64,000 nt of DNA from a virus: the IMG/VR virus record IMGVR_UViG_3300041583_000385, positions 1-64,000 of that record; one strand, 5' to 3'. The notes below the pieces were generated by a model. It did no database searches. It was not told the origin of the DNA and saw only the letters and a program-made list of their open reading frames with translations. The translations under genes and the position numbers were made by a program. Below, piece by piece: positions 20,789-30,059 of this stretch. How positions within the stretch are numbered: position 1 is the first letter of the stretch; the number at the start of each line of letters is the position of its first letter.

Positions 20789-21384
20789 TAAAGGTCTTTA
20801 CTTTTCTTATCTAGAAATTCCTTTTCTTCATCTGAAAGTGCTTCAATTCCTTTTTTATTGATCTTATCAAGTATCAAATCAATATTGAAATCAGGTGTAT
20901 CTTTATAGTCTTTACTAACAATTTCTTTAACTGCTTCAAATTTTATTATCTCTGGATCTATCTCTGGGATAGAATCAATAACATCTTGATTGTTGTGGTA
21001 ATCACCCTCTACAATCATCTTAACTTTTGTTATTTCTCTAACAATACGATCAACAATTGTAGGTATACTACCCTTATCTAATCTATTTGATAATATAAAA
21101 TTACCTATCTTCATTGTTATGTTCACACGAACTTTAGATAACTCAAAGGTTAGTCTATCATCAAATAGCATCTTAGAACTCTTCTCATACATATCTGTGT
21201 ATAGTTCTTCCCTATTCTCAACCTTGGGTACAAAAAACCCATAAGAGTAATAGAACTCTATTTTTGATTCATCGATTTCTTTCTTAATGAAGTTTTTCTG
21301 AGAATTATCTATCCATTCTTGTATGAATGGGAAATCTTTCAATACATCCTCTCTGTTTGTGTCAATTATAAACATATTATTCAA
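20788..21384 (-). CDS. Protein with DUF6576-like C-terminal domain
   Basis: FNIDLILDKINKKGIEALSDEEKEFLDKKSK. Confidence 0.7.
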   Translation of the reverse strand: MNNMFIIDTNREDVLKDFPFIQEWIDNSQKNFIKKEIDESKIEFYYSYGFFVPKVENREELYTDMYEKSSKMLFDDRLTFELSKVRVNITMKIGNFILSNRLDKGSIPTIVDRIVREITKVKMIVEGDYHNNQDVIDSIPEIDPEIIKFEAVKEIVSKDYKDTPDFNIDLILDKINKKGIEALSDEEKEFLDKKSKDL

Positions 21385-21691
21385 TTATATTTTTTATCCT
21401 ATATTCTCTTATATTGTCTAAACCTACAATAAGTTCTTTTTCTGAGTACTTATTTCCGTTAGATAATACATAATAGGGTTCTTTTTTCTCTGTCATTTCT
21501 TTATCCGGTGAGGTTGCAGAGATACTACCATCGGAACTATATTTTACATAATTCTCAATTGTGGTGTCTTTTGAATTAACAGATTTTAATTCTTCCGGCA
21601 ATTCAAATGTGAATTTCATACTCTTATAGATAAAATTCACTTCAAATATTTCTCCTGTTGATATTACTAATGCTTCTTTTGTAAATTTCAT
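21377..21691 (-). CDS. Hypothetical protein, C-terminal tag
   Basis: Ends IREYRIKNIIE. Confidence 0.65.
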   Translation of the reverse strand: MKFTKEALVISTGEIFEVNFIYKSMKFTFELPEELKSVNSKDTTIENYVKYSSDGSISATSPDKEMTEKKEPYYVLSNGNKYSEKELIVGLDNIREYRIKNIIE

Positions 21692-22146
21692 AATTTGAAA
21701 ATATCAAGATTATCCAATACTTGATCTAATTTAATTTGTCTATTTCTTTGTTCAAACGATTGTATGAAATCCCATCTTATATGACATATTTCCAAATAAT
21801 CATTCATAGTAGCTCTACCATATTCATTATACTCACCCTCGACCATTGTTAGAATAGCATGAAATTCATACTCACCAACTCTATCAACTTCACAATCCGA
21901 CTCAACCATAGTCTCAATTATCATTTCATCTGGATATGATCCTATCAATTGATAATAATAATCACTATCAAACTTAGTTATCTTTTTATATTTACCTTGT
22001 GGTGTTCCCATTGAATTATTATAATAATCAACATCAACCACACCACTTATAATAGAATATTTTTTACCAATTTCTATTACACCATTCTTAGGTCTTATTT
22101 CACTATATGATGATAGAATAAATATTATAGTAAATAATATAAGCAA
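21688..22146 (-). CDS. Hypothetical protein, C-terminal tag (5' end uncertain)
   Basis: Ends RNRQIKLDQVLDNLDIFKL. Confidence 0.5.
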   Translation of the reverse strand: MLILFTIIFILSSYSEIRPKNGVIEIGKKYSIISGVVDVDYYNNSMGTPQGKYKKITKFDSDYYYQLIGSYPDEMIIETMVESDCEVDRVGEYEFHAILTMVEGEYNEYGRATMNDYLEICHIRWDFIQSFEQRNRQIKLDQVLDNLDIFKL

Positions 22147-22276
22147 ATAATCTAAAACGTATATTGAGTATATTAATGATGTTATTGCTAATGGTCATTG
22201 ATAGTATACCATTTACTAATTTACCTTTTTAAATATATTGGTGTATCACCATATCTAAATAGTTTCCAGGCGTTTT

Positions 22277-22699
22277 TCATAAAATTTGATTTAATTTATT
22301 ATCTCTATATGTGGAAAGGCTTATACCCTTCTCTATATCAAATAATATATACTCCATATCTTCAATAGATGGGTTCATATCACTACAATATTTTTCTTTA
22401 ACAGAATCTCTTATCAATACAACAGATTTACAATTATATGTTGTTACATACATACTACCATTTGGTAATGTTTTATTTCTAATCCATATAGATGGTGATT
22501 TTTCTATCTCCCATTTATTATCTGATAATGTATATTTTACTTCCATTTCATACTCAGTGGAATCTTCTCCATGTGCGGTTAATGATCTCTTATGAGTTCG
22601 ATATTTAGAAGATGGTGATTTCTCACGCCATACCAATGCACCAGAATTGGTGACACCACATAGTGACTCCATTACCCCATTTAACCTATCTTCCACCAT
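22277..22699 (-). CDS. Hypothetical protein, C-terminal tag
   Basis: Ends YRDNKLNQIL. Confidence 0.7.
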   Translation of the reverse strand: MVEDRLNGVMESLCGVTNSGALVWREKSPSSKYRTHKRSLTAHGEDSTEYEMEVKYTLSDNKWEIEKSPSIWIRNKTLPNGSMYVTTYNCKSVVLIRDSVKEKYCSDMNPSIEDMEYILFDIEKGISLSTYRDNKLNQIL

Positions 22700-22898
22700 A
22701 TTTGAAATTTTTATTAACCCAACCTACTGAGAAATTATTATATTCATTTGCATATAATATGTGATTTAAACAAACCATAACCTCTACATCCTCATTATCT
22801 ACATAAAGTACTTCATAAGTTTTACCCTTCTCGAAGAGTGGCATATTCATTATGTTCGTTATTTCATTTATACAAATTAATTTGTCTCCTTTTCTCAT
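22686..22898 (-). CDS. Small SH3-like hypothetical protein
   Basis: KGDKLIC...FEKGKTYEV. Confidence 0.6.
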   Translation of the reverse strand: MRKGDKLICINEITNIMNMPLFEKGKTYEVLYVDNEDVEVMVCLNHILYANEYNNFSVGWVNKNFKYGGR

Positions 22899-22920
22899 AT
22901 ATTTTTTATTAAAAAATTAG

Positions 22921-23156
22921 TATAAGTTGAGCTTACCCAACATTTTGCTTTATGCTATCATCTATCTATTGCCACAAACCCGACCATCAAAGGGGAACCG
23001 ATACCCTAGGTCTGTACGTGTCGCTACTTCCGTGGTGCTAACGACTATCCGAAGACCGCCTCCCACGTTAGGTTCAGTAGTGTCGAGGTTTCTCCAGTAT
23101 CTCTATAAATGAGATTTACACCCTTACGGGACCGGCGATAGCTTCTCTGACTTATA
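22921..23156 (-). ncRNA. rnpB: Compact RNase P RNA-like gene
   Basis: GC-rich island; P1 TATAAGT/ACTTATA, P2 GCTATCG/TGATAGC, P3 CCGGT/ACTGG, P4 pseudoknot ACC-U-CGACA/TGTTGGGT with bulged U after GGAGAA and CAAAA, CRII-like GCACCACGGAAG, CRIV-like TAGATAGATGAT, GUAA and UUCG tetraloops. Confidence 0.75.
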
Positions 23157-23633
23157 CTAATTTATTATTAATGCTAAATTATATTCTCTTTTTAATTTCA
23201 TTGTCCAAGTTTCCACCTTCTGTTTAACTAGGCGATGTAAACAATTATATTCTCTTTTATTAATTTCTTCTAAGTTACCAATATGTTTAGTAAATAATGA
23301 CATTAAATCTTCTGGTGTCATTATATCATTAAATCTACCACTAGGATCCAATAGGTTAATTTCGTTTATGAAATTAATTATAGGTAATACTTCATACCAG
23401 TTTTCACCCTTTTTATCCCATGTATTAAACCATTTACGTATAACTAAATGAAAATATGATTTATTTTCTAAAAAAAACTCATATGTCATATTTACCTCTT
23501 TTGGTTTAATACCAATATATTTATCCCATTTTTCAATTAGATAATCTTTATCACAGTCTAATACTTTAATATCCATCGTTTGATGGAAATTAAATGTGAA
23601 ATTAATAAGGTTATCTAATTGTCCCTTTGTCAT
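23157..23633 (-). CDS. Hypothetical protein, C-terminal tag variant
   Basis: Ends KREYNLALIIN. Confidence 0.65.
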   Translation of the reverse strand: MTKGQLDNLINFTFNFHQTMDIKVLDCDKDYLIEKWDKYIGIKPKEVNMTYEFFLENKSYFHLVIRKWFNTWDKKGENWYEVLPIINFINEINLLDPSGRFNDIMTPEDLMSLFTKHIGNLEEINKREYNCLHRLVKQKVETWTMKLKREYNLALIIN

Positions 23634-23706
23634 AATTACAAATATACGTAAAATTGAAAGAAAAACAAGGGTTTTTTATATATAATTAAAATTTGAAAAA
23701 TTTATT

Positions 23707-24594
23707 ATGAAAATAAAACATAAAGTTATAAAAGAGTTTCAATATCTTAGTCCAGATAAGAAAATCTTCATATTAAAACTTGGTACTATACTAAACAACT
23801 ATAATTATAAAATTAAAGATGAATTGATATTAGTTGATAAAGATATAATTGATAATAATCCACAATATTTTCAAGTAGTTGATTGGAAAGAAGAGATTCA
23901 CTCATTTATAAAAACAAATAAATTACCATCACCAAAAACATTAGCTAATAAGCTAATACCGTTTATGGAGGATATGATATTATCATCTATGGCTAAAAGT
24001 ACTGATACTGGTGCACAAGTAGATGAAGATAGATTAAAAGAAATCGAAAGTAAAGAATCTGATTTAAATAATAGAGAGAAGAGAATTAAAAGTAAAGAAG
24101 AAGAACTTGAAATTAGATCAAACAGAGTTGAGAAGAGAGAGGAAGATTATAGAGAATGTCTTAAAGATTTAGATAGTAAAGAAGATTCACTCAGAGAAAA
24201 ATCTAAAGATTTAAAAGAAAGAGAATTGGATGTGCAAGATAAGTTACAAGATATTAACGAAAAGGAAAGAAACCTTGATAGAACTATATTAGAATCATCT
24301 AAAGATATCGATATTAAATATACTGAGTTACAATCAAAAATTGATAAAGATTTAAAAACTGTTACTGAGAAAGAGAAAGGATTAGAAATAACCGCAAAGG
24401 ATATTAAAAAGAGAGAAGATAAACTCTTAGATAGGGAAGATGAAATAGATGATTTATTAAGAGATATAGAAAGAAAGAAAGAAGAATTTCAAGATTGGGG
24501 TGAAGAGGTAGTTAAATTAGACCAAGAAATAAAAGATTGGGAAAAACTACATTGGAAGTTCAAAAGATTGAAGAAGCCGCCTTCTGCTATTTAA
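23707..24594 (+). CDS. Coiled-coil protein
   Basis: Long E/K/R heptad-rich region; TATATA upstream. Confidence 0.7.
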   Translation: MKIKHKVIKEFQYLSPDKKIFILKLGTILNNYNYKIKDELILVDKDIIDNNPQYFQVVDWKEEIHSFIKTNKLPSPKTLANKLIPFMEDMILSSMAKSTDTGAQVDEDRLKEIESKESDLNNREKRIKSKEEELEIRSNRVEKREEDYRECLKDLDSKEDSLREKSKDLKERELDVQDKLQDINEKERNLDRTILESSKDIDIKYTELQSKIDKDLKTVTEKEKGLEITAKDIKKREDKLLDREDEIDDLLRDIERKKEEFQDWGEEVVKLDQEIKDWEKLHWKFKRLKKPPSAI

Positions 24595-24675
24595 CTATAA
24601 AAAATCCATATATCAAAGTAACATAAAAAACCGACCAGATAGTATAGTTTAAGGTATCATGATGTTACATGAAGT

Positions 24676-24930
24676 TTAAATAGAAAATAAAAAAAGGTCT
24701 ATATCATCACCAATTGTGCTTTTGATTTTACTAATATCGGATTTATCGATAACATTGAATGATTGATATACATTAATTATATCATCATCACTTTGTTTAT
24801 TTTGAATGAATTTAGAAATAGAGTCGCAAAACTTATTGAATTTGCTGATACCATCATATTTCTCAAGTACTGACCATAATATTTCTCTCTTTCCCATACT
24901 ACAAGATAAGGAAAAGTATTGAATTACCAA
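24676..24930 (-). CDS. Hypothetical protein
   Basis: 84 aa in an operon. Confidence 0.5.
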   Translation of the reverse strand: MVIQYFSLSCSMGKREILWSVLEKYDGISKFNKFCDSISKFIQNKQSDDDIINVYQSFNVIDKSDISKIKSTIGDDIDLFLFSI

Positions 24931-25628
24931 AGCATTTTAGCTACGGATTTATGTTGTTTATCTGTTAAATATCCTCTTTTCTCATAAAAATCAAGAACAC
25001 TACTTAAAAATGAATTTGAATCTTTATTTAATTTGAATCTCAATTGTCTTATTAAATTAACCGACTTATCTGTGTCTTCATTAAGAATTTGGTTTAATTT
25101 AATATTTCTTAGCTCAGATGTTCCAATTTTTTTATTTAAGTACTCCATAAACTCATTCCATTGTACTTCTTCAATTGAATAATAATTTTTAGTAAATGGA
25201 CTTATTATAATTTTTAAACCATTACCCTCTTGTAGTAAGTATAGAGAATTAACGGGGCAATTTTGATACCTAACACTTATCCTAGTGTCTCTTTTTGATA
25301 TATCAACAAATACAGTATCTAAGTCATAAAAGTTATCAGGATCAAATGTAAACACATCTGAATCAAATTCAAATTTACCAAATTCTGATAATAATTTTTC
25401 AATATCTTGTAATGTTAAATCATTTATTAGAACACCATTATTTATAATAGCTTCAATTGGTTTGAAAAAGTCTTTTTTATTAAATATACTAGGATCCACA
25501 CGAGCGAAATCAGCGGTCATAGATGAAATACCATCTGGTATATAAGGAGTTGTTACCCCACCCCAAGCATTGTATTGGGGCACACCAAAATCATCATCTA
25601 TTTGTAAACTTATGAAAAAATCTAACAT
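24924..25628 (-). CDS. Hypothetical protein (internal tag plus LTDKQ motif)
   Basis: Internal LRNIKLNQILNE, then FLSSVLDFYEKRGYLTDKQ (similar to the 57037 ORF). Confidence 0.65.
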   Translation of the reverse strand: MLDFFISLQIDDDFGVPQYNAWGGVTTPYIPDGISSMTADFARVDPSIFNKKDFFKPIEAIINNGVLINDLTLQDIEKLLSEFGKFEFDSDVFTFDPDNFYDLDTVFVDISKRDTRISVRYQNCPVNSLYLLQEGNGLKIIISPFTKNYYSIEEVQWNEFMEYLNKKIGTSELRNIKLNQILNEDTDKSVNLIRQLRFKLNKDSNSFLSSVLDFYEKRGYLTDKQHKSVAKMLW

Positions 25629-25969
25629 GATAACTTTTGTTCAGTTAATTTATCTTTTAATTTAATAAGTCCAAACATCTTAGTTCTTTGGAACGTTGGG
25701 AATTTATCACCATTCTTAACAATCCATTCCATATCATGTAATCTTTTTATGGAATACATAACATAATAAGTAGTATATCTTTTTTTGAATTTTATTTGCA
25801 TCCAGTTATTGAATAAATAACGTTTGCTTATTCTAACAAACCCTTCTCTTTTCTTAAACCTCTCTATGCTTTCTTTTAGATTCTCAATAACAACAGAGTA
25901 TGAGTGACCATCCTCCAATAATGCTTGAATTTTTTTGTCAATATGTTCTTCTATTCTACTTGGTTTCAT
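25622..25969 (-). CDS. Hypothetical protein
   Basis: 115 aa, TATATTTG upstream. Confidence 0.6.
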   Translation of the reverse strand: MKPSRIEEHIDKKIQALLEDGHSYSVVIENLKESIERFKKREGFVRISKRYLFNNWMQIKFKKRYTTYYVMYSIKRLHDMEWIVKNGDKFPTFQRTKMFGLIKLKDKLTEQKLSC

Positions 25970-25998
25970 AGAGACAAATATAAGGAAATAATATTAAT

Positions 25999-26319
25999 TT
26001 ACCTAATTAGAGATACTGTCCCATAGAATATTTTAGAACATTCTGACCCATAAGCAACAACCTCATAAAGGTAAACACCTCTTTCACACAAATTCCCATT
26101 ATATAATCCATTCCACTTATCACCAACAAAAACTAACATACCCCATCGATTATAAATTGAAAGTTTATAACTTGTATAAGAGTTTATATATGTTGGGTAA
26201 AACTCACTATTCGTGCTCATTGTTGGTGTGAAAGCATTTGGTGAAATTATAGTATCATTACATTGTGAAAATGTAAATATTGATAATAGTAATAGAATTG
26301 ATGTTAATAATATTTTCAT
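25999..26319 (-). CDS. Signal peptide + stand-alone T9SS type-B C-terminal domain (gliding-motility/CHU_C-like)
   Basis: MKILLTSILLLLSIFTFSQ; PNAFTP, LSIYNRWGMLVF, WNG, GVYLY, GTVSLIR. Confidence 0.8.
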   Translation of the reverse strand: MKILLTSILLLLSIFTFSQCNDTIISPNAFTPTMSTNSEFYPTYINSYTSYKLSIYNRWGMLVFVGDKWNGLYNGNLCERGVYLYEVVAYGSECSKIFYGTVSLIR

Positions 26320-26323
26320 AAGT

Positions 26324-26896
26324 TTATTTATTATTAGACCAGCCTCTTTTTTCAATTTTTCTAAAATTAGGCTCATCTTTTATTTTATCTAAGTATTTTA
26401 TTAATTTAAATAGGTATGTATCATCAGTATCTCCGTAAAAAGGAGGCATCTTAATAACATTACCATATGAATCAATATGCTCTGGTTTATCATCAACCAT
26501 CAATACTCTCTCCATATCATATCCCCTTTTACTCAATTTGGAAATGTTTTTCTTATACACATAGTGTCCCATTCCACATCCCTCACCATGGTCATATTGT
26601 GGTGTGCAATTTTTCTCACTATAAAAGAATTTCAATTTAGTAACATCAATATTCATTTTATCAACTAAAAATTCAGCATAGTCTTTACCAGCCGCTGTCC
26701 AAATAGCAACATCATAATTTTCAAATGCGAACTCAATAAATTCTTTTAGACCTGGTCGAAACATAGTTCTATACATACCATCTAAAACATCAAATGAGTT
26801 CTTTATAAAATCATAACTCTGTTTACTTATTTCACTCTCATAAACTGAGTGAAATAAACATTCATCTAAGTCTAATATTAATAATCTGTTTTTCAT
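26324..26896 (-). CDS. HAD-family FCP1/NIF-like phosphatase
   Basis: LILDLDECL, RPGLKEF, AIWTA, YKK, LMVDD. Confidence 0.85.
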   Translation of the reverse strand: MKNRLLILDLDECLFHSVYESEISKQSYDFIKNSFDVLDGMYRTMFRPGLKEFIEFAFENYDVAIWTAAGKDYAEFLVDKMNIDVTKLKFFYSEKNCTPQYDHGEGCGMGHYVYKKNISKLSKRGYDMERVLMVDDKPEHIDSYGNVIKMPPFYGDTDDTYLFKLIKYLDKIKDEPNFRKIEKRGWSNNK

Positions 26897-27025
26897 TTTT
26901 TGATAAGTTTATTAGCAAAATAGAATAGTGTTCCTGTTAGATCTCCACCGATATGTGCAAAGTGTGCTATATTATCACCAGGATACATAAACCCACAAAA
27001 CAATTCAATTGCTATGATTAATGGT
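26893..27025 (-). pseudogene. C-terminal remnant of a rhomboid protease
   Basis: PLIIAIELFCGFMYPGDNIAHFAHIGGDLTGTLFYF...*; AHFAHIGG catalytic-His helix, N-terminus missing. Confidence 0.65.
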
Positions 27026-27273
27026 CATTCACGCTCTACTTTAAAAAATTCGTCATTTTTATAATAACCATCTATATAAGTGTAAATTGTATTACTTGTT
27101 TTAGGTTTAAACCATCTTACTCTAATAACTTCATCACCATCTAACTCTAATGTATCAGTTAATCCATCATCATCAAATCTACCTCTAAAAAGTGGTATAT
27201 TAAAACTATTTATAACAGCGTAGTAATTTGTTACAACAAGATTTGATGGTATTATACCTTGTATAAAATCCAT
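27025..27273 (-). CDS. Hypothetical protein
   Basis: 82 aa. Confidence 0.45.
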   Translation of the reverse strand: MDFIQGIIPSNLVVTNYYAVINSFNIPLFRGRFDDDGLTDTLELDGDEVIRVRWFKPKTSNTIYTYIDGYYKNDEFFKVERE

Positions 27274-27437
27274 TAGTCTCTGTTATCAATAACAGTTCTT
27301 TTACACCAATTACAAACAATAACAATTCCTGTTTTGTCTCTAATTACTTCTGTTTCACAACTACCTTGACAAAGTGCCTCACCAACAGGTGTGTATTGTG
27401 ATAACTTATCTTCAATTCTTTCTTTTAAATTATCCAT
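27273..27437 (-). CDS. Small Cys-containing protein (54 aa)
   Basis: MDNLKERIEDK...CQGSC...CNWC; TATATTTG upstream; not in the ORF track. Confidence 0.5.
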   Translation of the reverse strand: MDNLKERIEDKLSQYTPVGEALCQGSCETEVIRDKTGIVIVCNWCKRTVIDNRD

Positions 27438-27460
27438 GATACAAATATACGAAATTTTAT

Positions 27461-27470
27461 TAATATATAT
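27461..27470 (+). promoter_or_regulatory. Putative late promoter (TAA)TATATA (representative)
   Basis: TATATA shortly upstream of CTS-type, structural and HEG genes (e.g. about 10093, 12981, 23677, 36064, 39853, 43571, 47161, 50562, 53110, 56857, 62819, 63691); analogous to T4 TATAAATA. Confidence 0.55.
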
Positions 27471-27475
27471 ACACT

Positions 27476-27943
27476 ATGAAGTATATTAAACTATTTGAGA
27501 ACTTTGACTTCCCACCAAATATGAATATTGATGATATTGAGGAAATTTTCTTATCAGTATCAGATCTTGGATTTATATTTCATGACGTACACCTTTGTGA
27601 TATAGCTTCAATGGGTGATAAAGATATCATTGGAGATCACAATGAATTAGATATGAATAACCCTCAACGTGCGGTGTCAATTAGATTGGTTATGGATAGA
27701 GAGCCTCATAAAAATACAGAATTTCATCTCAGTGATGATTTTTATGAGGAATTTAAATTAACCATTGATCATTTTGAAAGTAGGTATGATTGTGAATTAT
27801 CTAATATCTATATACGTAAAAATAAACCAGTTTGGGTAAAAGATATCGATTCTATGAGAAAGTATATTAAATCTTTAACATCTATCAGTTGGATATCATC
27901 ATTCGATTTAGCATTCACATTAAATGATACCATTGATAATTAA
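27476..27943 (+). CDS. CTS-type putative internal head protein
   Basis: MKYIKLFENF; IEEIFLSVSDLG motif. Confidence 0.65.
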   Translation: MKYIKLFENFDFPPNMNIDDIEEIFLSVSDLGFIFHDVHLCDIASMGDKDIIGDHNELDMNNPQRAVSIRLVMDREPHKNTEFHLSDDFYEEFKLTIDHFESRYDCELSNIYIRKNKPVWVKDIDSMRKYIKSLTSISWISSFDLAFTLNDTIDN

Positions 27944-28273
27944 ATCCCTACGTATTGATATCAATTGTGTTAAAGATTCATCATCTTTTGGATCATAAGG
28001 TCTTCTATTCTCTAGAATCTTTTCCAAATTCTTTATTTGAGTATTAATAATAGGTATTGAAATTTCTTTCTTATTATAATTTAACCAATCCTCTTTTATG
28101 TATCTTGGCATGTTAGAAACGTCTTTTATATTTTCAATATCATCTTTTAGATAAAAATAGTTATCATTAACTTCTGTTATTATGGTAACAAAGCAAATTA
28201 AAGTATGATGTTCATATTCGGTAATTTGTGATATAATAACCCAAGGATCAATGTTTATTTCCCTATCATCCAT
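27920..28273 (-). CDS. Hypothetical protein, C-terminal tag
   Basis: Ends IRRDLIINGII. Confidence 0.6.
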   Translation of the reverse strand: MDDREINIDPWVIISQITEYEHHTLICFVTIITEVNDNYFYLKDDIENIKDVSNMPRYIKEDWLNYNKKEISIPIINTQIKNLEKILENRRPYDPKDDESLTQLISIRRDLIINGII

Positions 28274-28880
28274 TATTTTTACTATAATCTTCTAGAAATA
28301 CCTTTTCTTCATTTGATAGACTATCCATTCCTTTTTTACCAATTTTATCCAAAATATCATCAATATCGAATCTGGAATCATTTTCTTGTTGAATCACTTC
28401 AATATCAGATGGTTGATTCATACCCTTCATCTGATCTGGATTTATATTAAATGTTTTTTCAAAATCTGGTCTATAAAACTTGAACCCCAATACTTCAACA
28501 ATATCATTTATTTGCTTTTTATATCTTTTCTCAATAGTAAATACGATATCATCAGTAACATTACTTTCTATTGATGATGATGTATAAATACACTTTTCTT
28601 TTTGAAATATAGCTATATCCTTACTATCCATCATATAAACAATATCAACTTCTCCATGATCCTTTAACTCAGATTTAATAAAAACCGTATTATTAACACG
28701 GTTTTTAAATTCAGATTTCCCTCTTGATATATTTGATAAAATTTGTTTGAATTGTTCAGTTATGCCTTTTAACATAACATCCTTCTTAATTTTATTATAC
28801 CACTCTGATATAACTTTATATACCATACCACCGATAGCTAAACCAGCAAAAAATACAATTAGAATTTGTAAAATATTCAT
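28266..28880 (-). CDS. Membrane-anchored protein with DUF6576-like C-terminus
   Basis: N-terminal TM helix; FDIDDILDKIGKKGMDSLSNEEKVFLEDYSK. Confidence 0.7.
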   Translation of the reverse strand: MNILQILIVFFAGLAIGGMVYKVISEWYNKIKKDVMLKGITEQFKQILSNISRGKSEFKNRVNNTVFIKSELKDHGEVDIVYMMDSKDIAIFQKEKCIYTSSSIESNVTDDIVFTIEKRYKKQINDIVEVLGFKFYRPDFEKTFNINPDQMKGMNQPSDIEVIQQENDSRFDIDDILDKIGKKGMDSLSNEEKVFLEDYSKNNG

Positions 28881-28887
28881 ATATTAT

Positions 28888-30021
28888 TTATTTAATTTTG
28901 TAAACTTCTTTTCTTATTTTAATGATTAAATCATTAACCATTTCACCATCAACTTTTGTTGGTAAATTGGACTCTTTGTAAATTTCATCAATCTGTTTAA
29001 TTTCAGATTCAACATCATCAATTAAAGTTTGTAGATCAACTTCACCTCTTCTAATAGAGATAAGTTCTTTAGCATTATCACGTCTTGTAATAATACCCTT
29101 TCCTTCTCCTATTTCACGAGCCATACCCATTAGACGAACACAGTGCATCATATTCTTACCATCAATTTTCTGACCGTGAGATTTAACATCGACCCATCTA
29201 GCCTCATTTCTTTCTTCTAACCAAGTTTGGTAAGAGTTATAATCTTTACAGTGTTGTGAATATCCATCCTTGTTATAAGATATATGACCAATGAAGTAAT
29301 CACTAGGACAGTTTATTGGAATTGAACTTAATCTAAGTTCATTAGATTCCTCAAATGCGATTCCTCTAAACCCTTGATTCTTATCTGAAACTATTTCAGG
29401 GAAAGGAAGTTTAGATAATTTGAAATCATAAAATAAAGCGTATGTATCTCTACTATGTGGTACGTTTGATAATCCACAAAACTTTTGATCCATTTTTTTA
29501 TCTTCGAGTACTTGTGTGAGTGGTATAGACTTTTCACCAGAAAGTAGATAACAAAAATCTAATGGTGTCTTACGAGTTACTTTGTCTTTTTCCCAGTTTT
29601 GTTTTTTATTCTGACCCTTAGCCTTACCAATTTGTTGACGTGCATATCCACCAAATGAACTAGCACATCCTTTAGTGATAAATTCATCACGTTTTTCTAA
29701 TATTTGGTCAAAAATAGGGTCTTTGTAGATAATACAATCCTCTGGTGTATTAAGTAATTCTAAAACAGTTGGGTTATTACTAGCAAGTAGACCAAGAAAT
29801 CTACGAACTTCATAGATTACAGTATCTTGAGTATCATCATTGATTTGTTCTTTATAATTCACACCAAGAATATCATTCATTGGTTGAATAAATACACCAG
29901 CATAATCAGTATCAGAACTTTCAATATTAGTACCGTAAGCGTGAGACCCACGTATGACAAGGTAAAGAGGTTTTGCCCCTGGTGATTTCTCTTGTATTAA
30001 TTTTAATAGTTCATCTTTCAT
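28888..30021 (-). CDS. RlaP-like Pol-beta superfamily nucleotidyltransferase
   Basis: RGSHAYGTNIESSDTDYAGVF, NNPTVLELL, KNMMHCVRL, IRRGE. Confidence 0.85.
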   Translation of the reverse strand: MKDELLKLIQEKSPGAKPLYLVIRGSHAYGTNIESSDTDYAGVFIQPMNDILGVNYKEQINDDTQDTVIYEVRRFLGLLASNNPTVLELLNTPEDCIIYKDPIFDQILEKRDEFITKGCASSFGGYARQQIGKAKGQNKKQNWEKDKVTRKTPLDFCYLLSGEKSIPLTQVLEDKKMDQKFCGLSNVPHSRDTYALFYDFKLSKLPFPEIVSDKNQGFRGIAFEESNELRLSSIPINCPSDYFIGHISYNKDGYSQHCKDYNSYQTWLEERNEARWVDVKSHGQKIDGKNMMHCVRLMGMAREIGEGKGIITRRDNAKELISIRRGEVDLQTLIDDVESEIKQIDEIYKESNLPTKVDGEMVNDLIIKIRKEVYKIK

Positions 30022-30059
30022 TCTACAAATATAAGAAGATTATTGGTATTTTATGTGAT

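Noticed and set aside
22927-23112. 61-aa + strand ORF
   Set aside because: Antisense to the structured RNase P-like RNA; atypical composition and TTG start
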